A stretch of 64,000 nucleotides of DNA from Rhodospirillales bacterium (lineage in GTDB: Bacteria; Pseudomonadota; Alphaproteobacteria; UBA828): contig JAPPNV010000176.1 in the NCBI GenBank assembly GCA_028818565.1, positions 6,382-70,381 of the forward strand, given 5' to 3'. Positions 1-9,858 of the stretch are shown here, in pieces (the first letter of the stretch is position 1; every line of letters starts with the position of its first letter). A program made the position numbers and the translations under genes. The notes under the pieces were generated by a model. The model was given only the letters and a program-made list of their open reading frames with translations. It was not told the origin of the DNA and did not search any database.

Positions 1-209
1 CGCAGCACCTCTTCTGTCGCCGCGACCGAAGAGGGTGGGCCGCTGATCGCGACCTCGTTGCCGCGGGAACGCAGCACCACGCCCAACGCGTGCTCGATCC
101 GCACCAGATGGCGGTCGTGGTCGCCGAACAGGAGCGGCAGCAACGTATTGTCGTCGAAGCTAATTTGCGCGCCGGCCTCGCCCGGCGCCCCCGATGCAGG
201 GCGGCTCAC
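1..209 (-). CDS. PhoH-like ATPase, N-terminal fragment (3' end lies beyond the window)
   Basis: Reverse-strand translation from GTG at 209 reads [45 protein letters not shown], which is PhoH-like. It overlaps the miaB stop by 4 nt. miaB-phoH synteny is common. Confidence 0.55.
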   Translation of the reverse strand, partial: MSRPASGAPGEAGAQISFDDNTLLPLLFGDHDRHLVRIEHALGVVLRSRGNEVAISGPPSSVAATEEVL

Positions 210-1672
210 GCGGGAACGCCTCCTGCGACACGCGGGCCGGTATCGCTACTGCGACCGCGGGTGCTTGCTCCCGTGCCGCCCGCCAGTACGCCTGCGAGCC
301 CGTTGGCCGAGGCGTCCGTCACGGTCGCCTCTGCAACGGTGCCGATCAACGCCGCGTCGCCCTCCACATGGAGCCACTGCATATATGGCGTTCGGCCCGC
401 GACCTGACCAGGGTGGCGGCCGTGCCTCTCGAAGAGCACCGGTAGCGTCTGCCCTGCCATGCTCGCGTTGAAGCGCCGCTTCTGCTCGTCGAGCAGGCGC
501 TGGAGACGGCTCAGGCGTTCGGCCGCGACCTCGCCCCGCACGCGGTCGTCGCGCTCGGCCGCCGGCGTGCCTGGCCGCGGGCTGTACTTGAAGGAGAAGG
601 CCTGCGCGTACTCGACTTCGCGCACGAGCGCCATCGTCTTTTCGAAGTCCGCCTCGGTTTCGCCGGGGAAGCCCACGATGAAGTCGCTGGAGAGCGCGAT
701 CTCGGGCTGCGCATCGCGGAGTGCCGCCACCAGGCGCAGGTAACGATCGGCGCTGTGGCCCCGGTTCATGGCGGCGAGAATGCGGTCGGAGCCCGACTGC
801 ACGGGCAGGTGCAGGAAGGGCATCAGCTTCGGCTCACTACCATGCGCCTCGATCAGAGACGGCGTCACGTCGCGCGGATGCGAGGTGGTGTAGCGTAGCC
901 GCTCCAGACCCTCGATTGCGGCTAGACGGACGATCAGCCCCGCCAAATCCGTCTCGCCTCCGTTTGTGTCGTCAGCACCGTGGTAGGCGTTGACGTTCTG
1001 GCCCAACAGCACGATCTCGCGGGCGCCGGCGGCGACGAGGCGGCGCGCCTCGGCCTCGACATCTGCGGCGGGTCGGGAATCCTCCGCACCCCGCGTATAA
1101 GGCACGACGCAGAAGGTGCAGAAGCGGTCGCAGCCTTCCTGAATCGTGAGGAAGGACGAAACGCCCCTTCCCGGCTGCCGGCCGGCCAGCTCTTCCGGCA
1201 AGTGGTCGAAGCGCGAATCCGACGGCATGGAGGTATCGACCGCGACGCGGCGCTCGCGCCTCGCGCGTGCCACCATGTCCGGCAAGCGGTGGTACGCCTG
1301 GGGGCCGACGACGATATCGACGAAGGGCGCGCGGGCGGCGACTTCCTCGCCTTCGGCCTGAGCGACGCAGCCGGCAACGGCGAGCAGCATCTCCCCGCCG
1401 CCCCGCTCGCGCGCCTGCTTAAGCGCGCGCAACCGCCCGAGCTCGGAATAGACCTTCTCCGCCGCCTTCTCACGGATATGACAGGTGTTGAGGACGACCA
1501 GATCGGCGTCCTCGAGCGCCGTCGTCGTGTGATAGCCGAGCGGCGCCAGGACGTCCGCCATGCGGGCGGAGTCGTAGACGTTCATCTGGCAGCCGAAGGT
1601 CTTGACGTAGAGCTTTTTCGCCACGGCCTCGCCGTGTGTCGGGGCTTCGCTGGAGGTCGCGCGGCCCGCCAA
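206..1672 (-). CDS. miaB: tRNA-2-methylthio-N6-dimethylallyladenosine synthase (radical SAM methylthiotransferase)
   Basis: 488-aa ORF with [17 protein letters not shown] and the radical SAM motif CxxxCxxC (CDRFCTFC). The true start may be an internal Met. Confidence 0.9.
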   Translation of the reverse strand: MAGRATSSEAPTHGEAVAKKLYVKTFGCQMNVYDSARMADVLAPLGYHTTTALEDADLVVLNTCHIREKAAEKVYSELGRLRALKQARERGGGEMLLAVAGCVAQAEGEEVAARAPFVDIVVGPQAYHRLPDMVARARRERRVAVDTSMPSDSRFDHLPEELAGRQPGRGVSSFLTIQEGCDRFCTFCVVPYTRGAEDSRPAADVEAEARRLVAAGAREIVLLGQNVNAYHGADDTNGGETDLAGLIVRLAAIEGLERLRYTTSHPRDVTPSLIEAHGSEPKLMPFLHLPVQSGSDRILAAMNRGHSADRYLRLVAALRDAQPEIALSSDFIVGFPGETEADFEKTMALVREVEYAQAFSFKYSPRPGTPAAERDDRVRGEVAAERLSRLQRLLDEQKRRFNASMAGQTLPVLFERHGRHPGQVAGRTPYMQWLHVEGDAALIGTVAEATVTDASANGLAGVLAGGTGASTRGRSSDTGPRVAGGVPA

Positions 1673-1780
1673 TCGTGCCGCTCCCTGCCCCTCTCGCAGG
1701 CCGCCGACCCTAGCACCCGCCGCAAGGCTGTCAAGCGAGCCCGCCGGGGCATACGACCGGCCCGTGGGGCTAACATCCCA

Positions 1781-2107
1781 TCAGGCAATGCCCAGAAAGA
1801 CGAGAATTGCCTGATCAATCCGCCGCATATCCCTCGTGGAGAGGGCACCGATCCGTCGGGCCAGACGCTCCCGACGGACGGTGGTGATCTTGTCGACCAT
1901 GACCCGGCAGGTCTCGTGCAGGCCGTTCTCGGGACTCGGGGAGAGCGCGATGCGAAAAAGCGGTGCGTCAGTCGGGTCGCTGGTGAGTGCACACACCGTT
2001 ACCGAGTTGGAATGCTCGAAGCGGTCGTCCTGAACGATCACGACGGGCCTTGGCTTGCCCGTATAGTCGCCGCCGCCCGCAGCGACCCACAACTCGCCCC
2101 GCTTCAC
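1781..2107 (-). CDS. type II toxin, PemK/MazF family
   Basis: 108 aa beginning MKRGELWVAAGGGDYTGKPRPVVIVQDD and ending LSTRDMRRIDQAILVFLGI, which follows the PemK/MazF motif pattern. GTG start overlaps the upstream stop as GTGA. Confidence 0.75.
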   Translation of the reverse strand: MKRGELWVAAGGGDYTGKPRPVVIVQDDRFEHSNSVTVCALTSDPTDAPLFRIALSPSPENGLHETCRVMVDKITTVRRERLARRIGALSTRDMRRIDQAILVFLGIA

Positions 2108-2331
2108 GCGATATCGACCTCGCTGATGGCATCGACAAAGAGCTGGTCGGCCTCGGCATGCACGCTCGCGGCCACGGCCAATGACTGTCTGCGCGTTTCC
2201 TTCGCAAATCCGGGTGTCCGGGTGTCGGGCACCCAGATTTGCAACGGGCGAAGCCCCTGCTCACGCAAGCGGGCACGATGCCGGCGAACCTTATCGTGCG
2301 TTGCCTTCGAACTCTTCGGCGGGCTTGCCAC
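2104..2331 (-). CDS. putative antitoxin partner of the PemK/MazF toxin
   Basis: 75-aa ORF immediately upstream of the toxin with a 4-nt overlap. It is basic and helical (KVRRHRARLREQGLRPLQIWVP), which suggests a DNA-binding antitoxin. Confidence 0.5.
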   Translation of the reverse strand: MASPPKSSKATHDKVRRHRARLREQGLRPLQIWVPDTRTPGFAKETRRQSLAVAASVHAEADQLFVDAISEVDIA

Positions 2332-2435
2332 GGATCGTCATCCCATCGGTTACATGTAACCTAGGCGGTGCTGTGCTGTGGCACAAGAGGAACAGGGCTT
2401 CGGTTCGGACCGCGGCACGCGGGTCGGTGACGGCC

Positions 2436-3491
2436 TCAGAGCGCTTGGGCGACGGCCTCACCGACATCGGAGGTGGACGCGCTGCCGCCGAGGTCGGGGG
2501 TGAGCGGATCGCCTTCGCCGAGCACCGTCTCGATGGCGCCCTCGATGGCGCGCGCCGCGTCGCCGTGGCCGAGGTGGTCCACCATCATCGCGCCGGTCCA
2601 GATCATTGCGACCGGGTTGGCAATGGCGCGGCCGGCGATGTCCGGTGCGGAGCCGTGCACCGGCTCGAACATGGAGGGATGGTCGCGATCCGGGTTCAGG
2701 TTGGCGGCCGGTGCGAGCCCCATGCCGCCCGCCACTGCGGCGCCGAGGTCCGAAAGGATGTCGCCGAAGAGGTTGCTGCCCACCACCACGTCGAACCAGT
2801 CCGGATGCTGCACGAAGTGGGCGCTCAGGATGTCGATATGGAAGCTGTCGGTCTCGACATCCGGGTATTCAGCGGCACGAGCCGCGAAGCGCTCGTCCCA
2901 GTAGGGCATGGTGTGGATGATGCCGTTGGACTTGGTGGCCGAGGCGACGCGGCCGCCGCGCGTGCGGGCCAGCTCGAAGGCGTAGCGCATCACCCGATCG
3001 ACGCCCTGGCGGGTGAAGACGCTCTCCTGCACCACCGCCTCCTGCTCGGTGCCGGCATAGATGCGCCCGCCCATCTCCGAGTACTCGCCCTCGTTGTTCT
3101 CGCGGACGATGACGAAGTCGATGTCGGCCGAGGTTCGGCCCGCGAGCGGCGAGGTCACGCCCTTGAGCAGCTTGATCGGACGCAGGTTGACGTATTGGCG
3201 GAAGGCCCGGCGCAGCGGGATCAGCAGGCCCCAGAGCGAGACGTGGTCCGGCACGCCGGGAAAGCCCACCGCACCCAGCAGGATCGCGTCGAACGGGCGC
3301 AGCACCTCGATCCCGTCCTCCGGCATCATCCGGCCGGTCTTGCCGTAGGTCTCGCAGTTCCAGCCGAAGTGCTGCCAGTCGAAGCCGATATCGAAGCGCC
3401 GGCCGGCGGCCTCCAGCACCCGCATCGCCTCGGGCATGACCTCGTTGCCGATGCCATCGCCTGGAATTACCGCAATTCGATAGTGCGCCAT
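2436..3491 (-). CDS. tartrate dehydrogenase/decarboxylase family (isocitrate/isopropylmalate dehydrogenase superfamily)
   Basis: Start MAHYRIAVIPGDGIGNEV at ATG 3491. The motifs NLRPIK, NLFGDILSD and GSAPDIAG match TtuC / LeuB-like enzymes. Confidence 0.8.
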   Translation of the reverse strand: MAHYRIAVIPGDGIGNEVMPEAMRVLEAAGRRFDIGFDWQHFGWNCETYGKTGRMMPEDGIEVLRPFDAILLGAVGFPGVPDHVSLWGLLIPLRRAFRQYVNLRPIKLLKGVTSPLAGRTSADIDFVIVRENNEGEYSEMGGRIYAGTEQEAVVQESVFTRQGVDRVMRYAFELARTRGGRVASATKSNGIIHTMPYWDERFAARAAEYPDVETDSFHIDILSAHFVQHPDWFDVVVGSNLFGDILSDLGAAVAGGMGLAPAANLNPDRDHPSMFEPVHGSAPDIAGRAIANPVAMIWTGAMMVDHLGHGDAARAIEGAIETVLGEGDPLTPDLGGSASTSDVGEAVAQAL

Positions 3492-3856
3492 GGACAGAGC
3501 CTCCCCTCGCCGGCGCGCGCATGCTAACGGAACCGCATCGGGACGGCGAGACTGGGCGGTGTAACGAGCGGCACAGCCCACTCCACTCCAAGTGTATGCG
3601 CGCCATCACGAATGCAGAGTGACCGTCGGCACGAAGAATTGTCGCATCACCGTGTGTCGAAAAGACAATTTTGCTCGACACCGTCAGAAAACTTCAGCGC
3701 GTTTTTTGCACCGCATCACAAAAGCGTGAGCATTGCGCTTCCCGCTCGACAGGCCATCCCAGATTTTGGTAGGCAGTCAGTCAACCTGAAGAATGAGGCA
3801 GTACGGTCGCGTGATTTCCGCGCGAAGCCCTGCCCTATGCAATGGGAGTGCATGGA

Positions 3857-5398
3857 ATGAACGGCCGAGCGCTTCTGGCAGCGGTGGTCGCGCTGCTTAT
3901 GGTGCCCTACACGACCGCGGCCCTGGCCGGAGACGACGAGTTAATCGTGAGAATCCAGGCCTTTCCCACGACTGCAAGTCTTGGATTCCAACTCGATGAC
4001 CGACTGGATCAATCGGGCTTGAACCTGCACGCGCTCGAACACTCCGAGTTTTCCAAGGGAGGGCTTGACGTCGAACTCCAATGGGAGCCTACCAAGAGTG
4101 ACGACGATTTCTGGTTGAGGTCAGTGAAAGAGTCACTGGAATCGAAACTGCAGTCGCCTTCCGTCCTGTTTGTGGAGCAGGGCCAGCCCTATCCCGAATT
4201 CGAGACCGACGTCGTTCCCGTGAGAATCGCCACTTTGGAAGAGAGGTTTGAGATTCCCGCTGTCTCAAGTCTCAGTTTCAAGTTGCAGGCGATTTCAGGT
4301 CACGATGAACGGACTTGTAGGGAGACGCCCAGGCGCTGGGATATCGTCGTTTACGCCAGCGAGAATGACGTGAACGACGATCCCCGTATCCCGAAGTTCC
4401 TGAGTGCATTGAAGACCTTAGTCCGACAGGCAAACACTTTGAAGGCGTATCCGTTCTTCGCGAATGTGTTCGGTCAGAAGCAGGACTTTGGGGCCTACTA
4501 CGAGCTGCCCTACAACGAGACTATCAAAGGGGTGAATTGGTTTGCCGATGCGACCGTGCAGCTTATGCAGCTCGGCTGGCCCGCATTGCAGAACCATGCA
4601 TTGATACAAGGACCATACGGAAGTCACGGCTATGCGCTCGGAGTGCCGATTGGGAAGGGCCTTATGACAGGATGGGGTGCCGATTGGTTCGCGGAAAGAC
4701 AACCGCCGTGCATTCGCTCGTGGAGCTTCATGACTGAAGGCAGTTATAAATGGAGCTTGAGCGCTAGCGACACAGTGGTCGTGCAGATCGGTTGGAACGC
4801 ACATTTCGCAGTAGAGGGTTTCCTCTACAGTGCGATTGTTAACGGTGACTTCGCGGCGCGCGGCCTGGTCGTCGACATCGTATCTGGCGCTTATGGGCTC
4901 CACCACTTTTCCATGTCCGGACGGTACGAACCCTTGTTGTACGATGTTGAGTGGATCAGCATGGCCGCGACGGGATGGGTGGATAACGAGGCGTTTTTCG
5001 AAGAAATGCGAGCCACGATGGAGGAGTACGACGAGGCGATCGCAGAGGTTGTGCGGTCGGATATCGTGATTGGGGGCGACGGCTTCTCTGCGGCCGTCTA
5101 CGAGGAACAAGATATTGTCGTTCGGTCGTACCGTCGAGTGACTGAACTCGTGTTGGAACCCCGCAGGTGCGCTTATTTGTGTTCACCTCGCTATGAGCAA
5201 ACGATTTATGCATCCCCTAAGGCAGAGGAGGACACCCGTGCAGAGCGCTTCCTCGATGCGATCTCGGACCGGGTCCGAACCGGCTGGGGCCTCTGGTTGG
5301 CGGACCAAGGGTTCGGGCTCCACGGAGCCAAGTGGACCATGCATCGCGACGGCCGAAGGATCTCTGAACCCGATTACCCTTCCGTACTTGGGTACTGA
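3857..5398 (+). CDS. hypothetical secreted protein (orphan) encoded in a low-GC island
   Basis: Long ORF with GGGAG 8 nt upstream of ATG 3857. N-terminal signal peptide MNGRALLAAVVALLMVPYTTAALA. Local GC ~54% against ~68% in the flanks, with atypical codons (AGA, TTG, ATA). No family recognised by eye. Confidence 0.6.
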   Translation: MNGRALLAAVVALLMVPYTTAALAGDDELIVRIQAFPTTASLGFQLDDRLDQSGLNLHALEHSEFSKGGLDVELQWEPTKSDDDFWLRSVKESLESKLQSPSVLFVEQGQPYPEFETDVVPVRIATLEERFEIPAVSSLSFKLQAISGHDERTCRETPRRWDIVVYASENDVNDDPRIPKFLSALKTLVRQANTLKAYPFFANVFGQKQDFGAYYELPYNETIKGVNWFADATVQLMQLGWPALQNHALIQGPYGSHGYALGVPIGKGLMTGWGADWFAERQPPCIRSWSFMTEGSYKWSLSASDTVVVQIGWNAHFAVEGFLYSAIVNGDFAARGLVVDIVSGAYGLHHFSMSGRYEPLLYDVEWISMAATGWVDNEAFFEEMRATMEEYDEAIAEVVRSDIVIGGDGFSAAVYEEQDIVVRSYRRVTELVLEPRRCAYLCSPRYEQTIYASPKAEEDTRAERFLDAISDRVRTGWGLWLADQGFGLHGAKWTMHRDGRRISEPDYPSVLGY

Positions 5399-5459
5399 GC
5401 CCGCGAGGAGGGAGTACAGTTGTCGCGCCGGTGGAATCCTGCCGGCAGACACACGGCAT

Positions 5460-5488
5460 TTGACTCGAGACCACGTGCGGTGTAATCG
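5460..5488 (+). promoter_or_regulatory. putative sigma70-type promoter of the rpsM operon (TTGACT-N17-TAATCG)
   Basis: TTGACT at 5460-5465 and TAATCG at 5483-5488 with 17-nt spacing, about 65 nt upstream of the rpsM GTG start. Confidence 0.3.
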
Positions 5489-5554
5489 AGACGCCGTCCA
5501 GGGTGCGCGCCGCAGCGATCGCCGCGCGCCCTTCCCCTATGAGGAGGCCCCAGC

Positions 5555-5923
5555 GTGGCGCGTATCGCCGGCGTCAACATCCCGACCAACAAGCGGGTCG
5601 AGATCGCGTTGACCTATATTCACGGGATCGGGCGCACCAAGGCCCGGCAAATTCGCGAGACGGTGGGCCTGCCGAGCGAAAAGCGGGTAAGCCAGCTGAG
5701 CGATGCGGAAGTCATCCGCATCCGCGAGGTGATCGACCAGAGCTACGTGGTCGAGGGCGACCTCCGCCGCGAGGTCGCGATGAACATCAAGCGCTTGATG
5801 GACCTCGGCACCTATCGGGGGCTCAGGCACAGGCGCGGCCTCCCGGTGCGCGGCCAGCGCACCCACACCAACGCACGCACGCGCAAAGGGCCGGCACGCC
5901 CGATCGCGGGCAAGAAGAAGTAG
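5555..5923 (+). CDS. rpsM: 30S ribosomal protein S13
   Basis: [36 protein letters not shown] at 5541-5547 and a GTG start. Confidence 0.95.
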   Translation: MARIAGVNIPTNKRVEIALTYIHGIGRTKARQIRETVGLPSEKRVSQLSDAEVIRIREVIDQSYVVEGDLRREVAMNIKRLMDLGTYRGLRHRRGLPVRGQRTHTNARTRKGPARPIAGKKK

Positions 5924-5935
5924 AGGGCTGCCAGG

Positions 5936-6322
5936 ATGGCGAAGCCGACGCGCACGCGGCGCCGCGAACGGAAGAACATCTCTTCCGGGATCGCCCACGT
6001 CAGCGCCACCTTCAACAGCACGATGATTACCATCACCGACGTCCAGGGCAACGCGATCGCCTGGTCGTCGGCCGGCAGCATGGGCTTTCGCGGCTCGCGC
6101 AAGTCGACCCCCTACGCTGCCCAGATGGCGGCCGAGGAAGCCGGCCGCAAGGCTGCGGAGCACGGCGTCAAGTCCCTCGAGGTCGAAATCAAGGGGCCGG
6201 GGTCTGGCCGTGAATCCGCGTTGCGCGCGCTGCAAAGCGCGGGCTTCGTGATCACCGCGATCCGCGACGTCACGCCGATCCCGCACAATGGCTGCCGGCC
6301 GCCGAAACGGCGGCGCGTCTGA
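5936..6322 (+). CDS. rpsK: 30S ribosomal protein S11
   Basis: [30 protein letters not shown] motif block. Confidence 0.95.
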   Translation: MAKPTRTRRRERKNISSGIAHVSATFNSTMITITDVQGNAIAWSSAGSMGFRGSRKSTPYAAQMAAEEAGRKAAEHGVKSLEVEIKGPGSGRESALRALQSAGFVITAIRDVTPIPHNGCRPPKRRRV

Positions 6323-6403
6323 CGGCACCGTTCCGGCGCGTCACCGCGCGCCACCTCGTTCATTCAACGGGCGTACAACCCATCACACGGGACAGTCTGT
6401 GTC

Positions 6404-7417
6404 ATGAAGAAGAACTGGCAGGAACTCATCAAGCCGCACAAGCTCGAAGTGACGCCCGAGGGAGACGGCTCCCGCTTCGCCCGCATCGTGGCCGAGCCGC
6501 TGGAGCGCGGTTACGGCATGACGCTCGGCAACGGGCTCAGGCGCATCCTGCTGTCGTCGTTGCAGGGTGCTGCGGTCACGTCGATGCAGATCAACGGCGT
6601 GCTGCACGAGTTCTCATCGCTCCAGGGTGTGCGTGAGGACATCACCGATATCGTGCTCAACGTGAAGCTGCTGGCGCTCCGCATGCACGGCGAAGGCCCC
6701 CGGCGGATGTCGCTTAGCGCCTCCGGGCCGGGAGAGGTCACCGCAGCGCAGATCCAGGCCGGCCACGGCATCCAGATCGTCGATCCCGACGTGGTGATCT
6801 GCACCCTCGACGAGAACACGAATATCGAAATGGAATTCACGGTCGAGGCCGGCAAGGGCTATGTCCCTGCCGCGCAGAACCGGCCGGAGGACGCGCCGAT
6901 CGGTCTGATTCCGGTCGATGCGCTCTACAGCCCGGTGCGCAAGGTCGCCTACAAGGTGGACAACACCCGGGTGGGCCAGGTGACCGACTACGACAAGCTG
7001 ACCATGCGGGTCGAGACCAACGGCACCGTCTCGCCCGAGGACGCGATCGCGCTCGCCGCGCGGATCCTCCAGGATCAGCTCCAGCTCTTCATCAACTTCG
7101 AGGAGCCGCGCGAGCTGCCGCGCGCCGAGGAGGCGATCGAGCCCGAGTTCAACCCGAACCTGCTGCGCAAGGTGGACGAGCTGGAGCTCTCCGTCCGCTC
7201 CGCCAACTGCCTCAAGAACGACAACATCATCTACATCGGCGACCTGGTGCAGTATTCCGAAGCCGAAATGCTGCGGACGCCCAATTTCGGCCGCAAGTCG
7301 CTCAACGAGATCAAGGACGTGCTCGCCGGCATGGGCCTCTATCTCGGCATGGAGCTCACCGACTGGCCGCCCGAAAACATCGAGGAGCTGGCCAAGAGGC
7401 TGGACGAGCCCTACTAG
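6404..7417 (+). CDS. rpoA: DNA-directed RNA polymerase alpha subunit
   Basis: 337 aa with [23 protein letters not shown] and the C-terminal domain motif [15 protein letters not shown]. Confidence 0.95.
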   Translation: MKKNWQELIKPHKLEVTPEGDGSRFARIVAEPLERGYGMTLGNGLRRILLSSLQGAAVTSMQINGVLHEFSSLQGVREDITDIVLNVKLLALRMHGEGPRRMSLSASGPGEVTAAQIQAGHGIQIVDPDVVICTLDENTNIEMEFTVEAGKGYVPAAQNRPEDAPIGLIPVDALYSPVRKVAYKVDNTRVGQVTDYDKLTMRVETNGTVSPEDAIALAARILQDQLQLFINFEEPRELPRAEEAIEPEFNPNLLRKVDELELSVRSANCLKNDNIIYIGDLVQYSEAEMLRTPNFGRKSLNEIKDVLAGMGLYLGMELTDWPPENIEELAKRLDEPY

Positions 7418-7456
7418 GGCCGGACCCGCCCAAGGCACGCCGCAGGGGGATACGCC

Positions 7457-7888
7457 ATGCGCCATCGACATGGCCGACGCAAGCTGAACCGGACGTCGAG
7501 CCACCGCCGCGCGATGTTTCGCAACATGGCGACGTCGCTGCTCAAGCACGAGCAGATCGAGACCACGCTGCCGAAGGCGAAGGAGCTGCGCGGCGTCGTC
7601 GAGCGCATGATCACGCTCGGCAAGCGCGGCGACCTCCACGCCCGCCGGCAGGCGCTGAGCTATCTCGTCGACGATGCGGTCGTGCGCAAGCTGTTCGACA
7701 CGCTGGGCCCCCGCTACGCCGAGCGCCCGGGCGGCTACACCCGCGTCCTGAAGGCCGGTCACCGCTACGGCGACGCCGCGCCCATGGCGATCATCGAGCT
7801 GGTCGACCGGGACGAGGACGAGAAGGGCAAGGATTCGGGGCCCGTGCAGGGCGACGACGAGGAAGAAGTGGAGGAGGAGGCCGCGTAA
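7457..7888 (+). CDS. rplQ: 50S ribosomal protein L17
   Basis: [37 protein letters not shown], with an acidic C-terminal tail. Confidence 0.95.
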   Translation: MRHRHGRRKLNRTSSHRRAMFRNMATSLLKHEQIETTLPKAKELRGVVERMITLGKRGDLHARRQALSYLVDDAVVRKLFDTLGPRYAERPGGYTRVLKAGHRYGDAAPMAIIELVDRDEDEKGKDSGPVQGDDEEEVEEEAA

Positions 7889-7928
7889 GCCGCCGGCCCG
7901 CGCCGCGTACCCCTCCGCAAATCCCGGC

Positions 7929-8561
7929 TCAGGTCGGGAATATCTCTCTCAACTCGGCGACCTGCTCGTCGGTCAGCAGCCTGACCGGCGCGCCGCGCAG
8001 CAGCAGGTGCAGCTTCGCCGTCTCCTCCAGCTCCTCGGCGGCATAGACCGCAGCATCCAGCGCCTTCCCCGCCACCACGGGGCCGTGATTGGCCAGCAGC
8101 ACCGCGTGGTGCGTGCGGGCCGCGTCGTGCACGGCGTCTGCGAGCGCGCGGTCGCCCGGCCGGTGGTAGGGGATGAGCGGCAGCCGGCCCACGCGCATCA
8201 CGTAGTAGGCGGTGATCGGCGGCAGCACGTCGGCGGGGTCGACGTCGGCGAGGCAGGAGACCGCCACCGAGCACGTGCTGTGCAGGTGCACGATGGCGCG
8301 CGCATCCGGCCTCGCCCGGTACATCGACTGGTGCAGGAAGGCCTCCTTCGACGGCGGATCGCCGGAGAGATGCGTGCCGTCCGGCCCGAGCTTCGCGATC
8401 CGCGCGGGGTCGAGCCGGCCGAGGCAGGAGTTGGTCGGCGTCACCAGAATGCCGTCGTCAAGCACCACGCTGATGTTTCCCGACGCGCCGCAGCCATAGC
8501 CGCGCGTGAACAGGGACTGGCCGTGAAGGGCGATCTGCTCGCGCAGCGCTGCCTCGCTCAC
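7929..8561 (-). CDS. class II aldolase/adducin family protein (OtnC-like 3-oxo-tetronate 4-phosphate decarboxylase candidate)
   Basis: GTG start [36 protein letters not shown] and NHGPVVAG motifs match the class II aldolase fold. Overlaps the upstream kinase stop as GTGA. Confidence 0.7.
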   Translation of the reverse strand: MSEAALREQIALHGQSLFTRGYGCGASGNISVVLDDGILVTPTNSCLGRLDPARIAKLGPDGTHLSGDPPSKEAFLHQSMYRARPDARAIVHLHSTCSVAVSCLADVDPADVLPPITAYYVMRVGRLPLIPYHRPGDRALADAVHDAARTHHAVLLANHGPVVAGKALDAAVYAAEELEETAKLHLLLRGAPVRLLTDEQVAELREIFPT

Positions 8562-9856
8562 GGCAAGACCTCGAATGCGCGGGCGAAGAAGTCGGGCGCG
8601 CCGAAGTTGCCGGATTTCAACGCGAGATGGAGCCGCGGCTCGCCGACGCTCATGGTCCACGGCACGCCGGGGTCGATCTCGGCCCCGATGCGGAGCGCCT
8701 GAACTCCGAGCGCGCCCACCACGGCGCCTGCGGTCTCCCCGCCGGCCACGACCAGCCGGCCTGTGCCGGCATCGACGAGACCGGTGGCGATACGCGCGAG
8801 GCAACGTTCGATCATCGCGCCGGCCTTGTCTGCGCCGAGCTTGTTCTGAATCCGCCTGACCCGCGCTGGTGTGGCGCTGGCGTAGATCAGCACCGGCCCG
8901 TCGGCGAGTCGGGGCCGCGCCCAGGCCAGCGCCTCCGCCGCCACCCGACGGCGCGCGGCGAGCGCCTCGGCATCGACGAAGAACGCCGGGCAGGAGGCCG
9001 CCATGTGCTCGATCTGCCCGAGCGTCGCGGGCGAGCAGCTGCCGGCGATCACCGCGGCGTGGCCCGCCGCGACCGGCAGCGTGGCAGCCTCCCCGGCCTC
9101 CCCGAGCAAGCCGCTCTCCCGAAAGTTCGCCGGCAGCCCCATGGCGACGCCGGAGCCGCCGGTGACCAACGGCAGATCTGCACAGGCCGCGCCGATCGTC
9201 ATCAAGTCCTTGTCAGCGACGGCATCGACGATGGCGTGGCGCGTGCCGGCCTCCCGCAGATCATCGAGCGTGCGGCGGATCGCGGGGGCTCCCTTGCGCA
9301 CGACCTCGAGTCCGACCAGACCCACCGGGCGCGCCGTCTGGGCGCCGAGCACCGCCACAAGATTGGAGTCCCGCATCGGGGTGAGCGGATGGTTGCGCAT
9401 GCCCGAGTTCTCGAGCAGCACGTCGCCCACGAAGAGATGTCCCTTGTAGACGGTACGCCCGTTGGTCGGGAAGGCCGGGCACGCGATGGTGAGGTCGGCG
9501 CCGACATGGTCCAGCAGCGCGTCCGCCACCGGCCCGATGTTACCGCGCGGCGTGGAATCGAAGGTCGAGCAGTACTTGAAAAAGATCTGACGCGCGCCGC
9601 CCTTCTGCAGCCAGGCGAGCGCCGCGCGGGACTCGCGCACCGCCTTCGCGGGCGCCACCGTGCGGGACTTGAGCGCCACCACGACGGCATCGGCGTCGGG
9701 CACCGGAGTCGTCCCGCCCGGCACGCCGATCACCTGGACCGTGCGCATGCCGCCCGCCACCAGCGTGTTGCAGAGATCGGTCGCGCCGGTGAGGTCGTCG
9801 GCGATCGCGCCGAGCAGGAACCCGGTTCCCCGCCTCCTGCCGCCGCGCCGCGCCAT
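8558..9856 (-). CDS. four-carbon acid sugar kinase family (OtnK-like, DUF1537/DUF4392)
   Basis: True start MARRGGRRRGTGFLLGAIADDLTGATD at ATG 9856. The 899-aa ORF in the track is a frame-fusion artefact. Confidence 0.7.
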   Translation of the reverse strand: MARRGGRRRGTGFLLGAIADDLTGATDLCNTLVAGGMRTVQVIGVPGGTTPVPDADAVVVALKSRTVAPAKAVRESRAALAWLQKGGARQIFFKYCSTFDSTPRGNIGPVADALLDHVGADLTIACPAFPTNGRTVYKGHLFVGDVLLENSGMRNHPLTPMRDSNLVAVLGAQTARPVGLVGLEVVRKGAPAIRRTLDDLREAGTRHAIVDAVADKDLMTIGAACADLPLVTGGSGVAMGLPANFRESGLLGEAGEAATLPVAAGHAAVIAGSCSPATLGQIEHMAASCPAFFVDAEALAARRRVAAEALAWARPRLADGPVLIYASATPARVRRIQNKLGADKAGAMIERCLARIATGLVDAGTGRLVVAGGETAGAVVGALGVQALRIGAEIDPGVPWTMSVGEPRLHLALKSGNFGAPDFFARAFEVLP

Positions 9857-9858
9857 TG

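Noticed and set aside
980-3527. Long plus-strand ORFs (980..2359, 2181..3527) antisense to miaB, the TA pair and the tartrate-dehydrogenase gene
   Set aside because: Arg/Ala/Gly-rich composition typical of wrong-frame reads in high-GC DNA. The opposite-strand genes have strong family matches.
4418-5110. 230-aa minus-strand ORF inside the low-GC gene
   Set aside because: No RBS and no recognisable domains. It is embedded antisense in a longer ORF that has a signal peptide and an RBS. It is most likely spurious, although low-GC DNA has fewer random stop-free frames, so it is not fully excluded.
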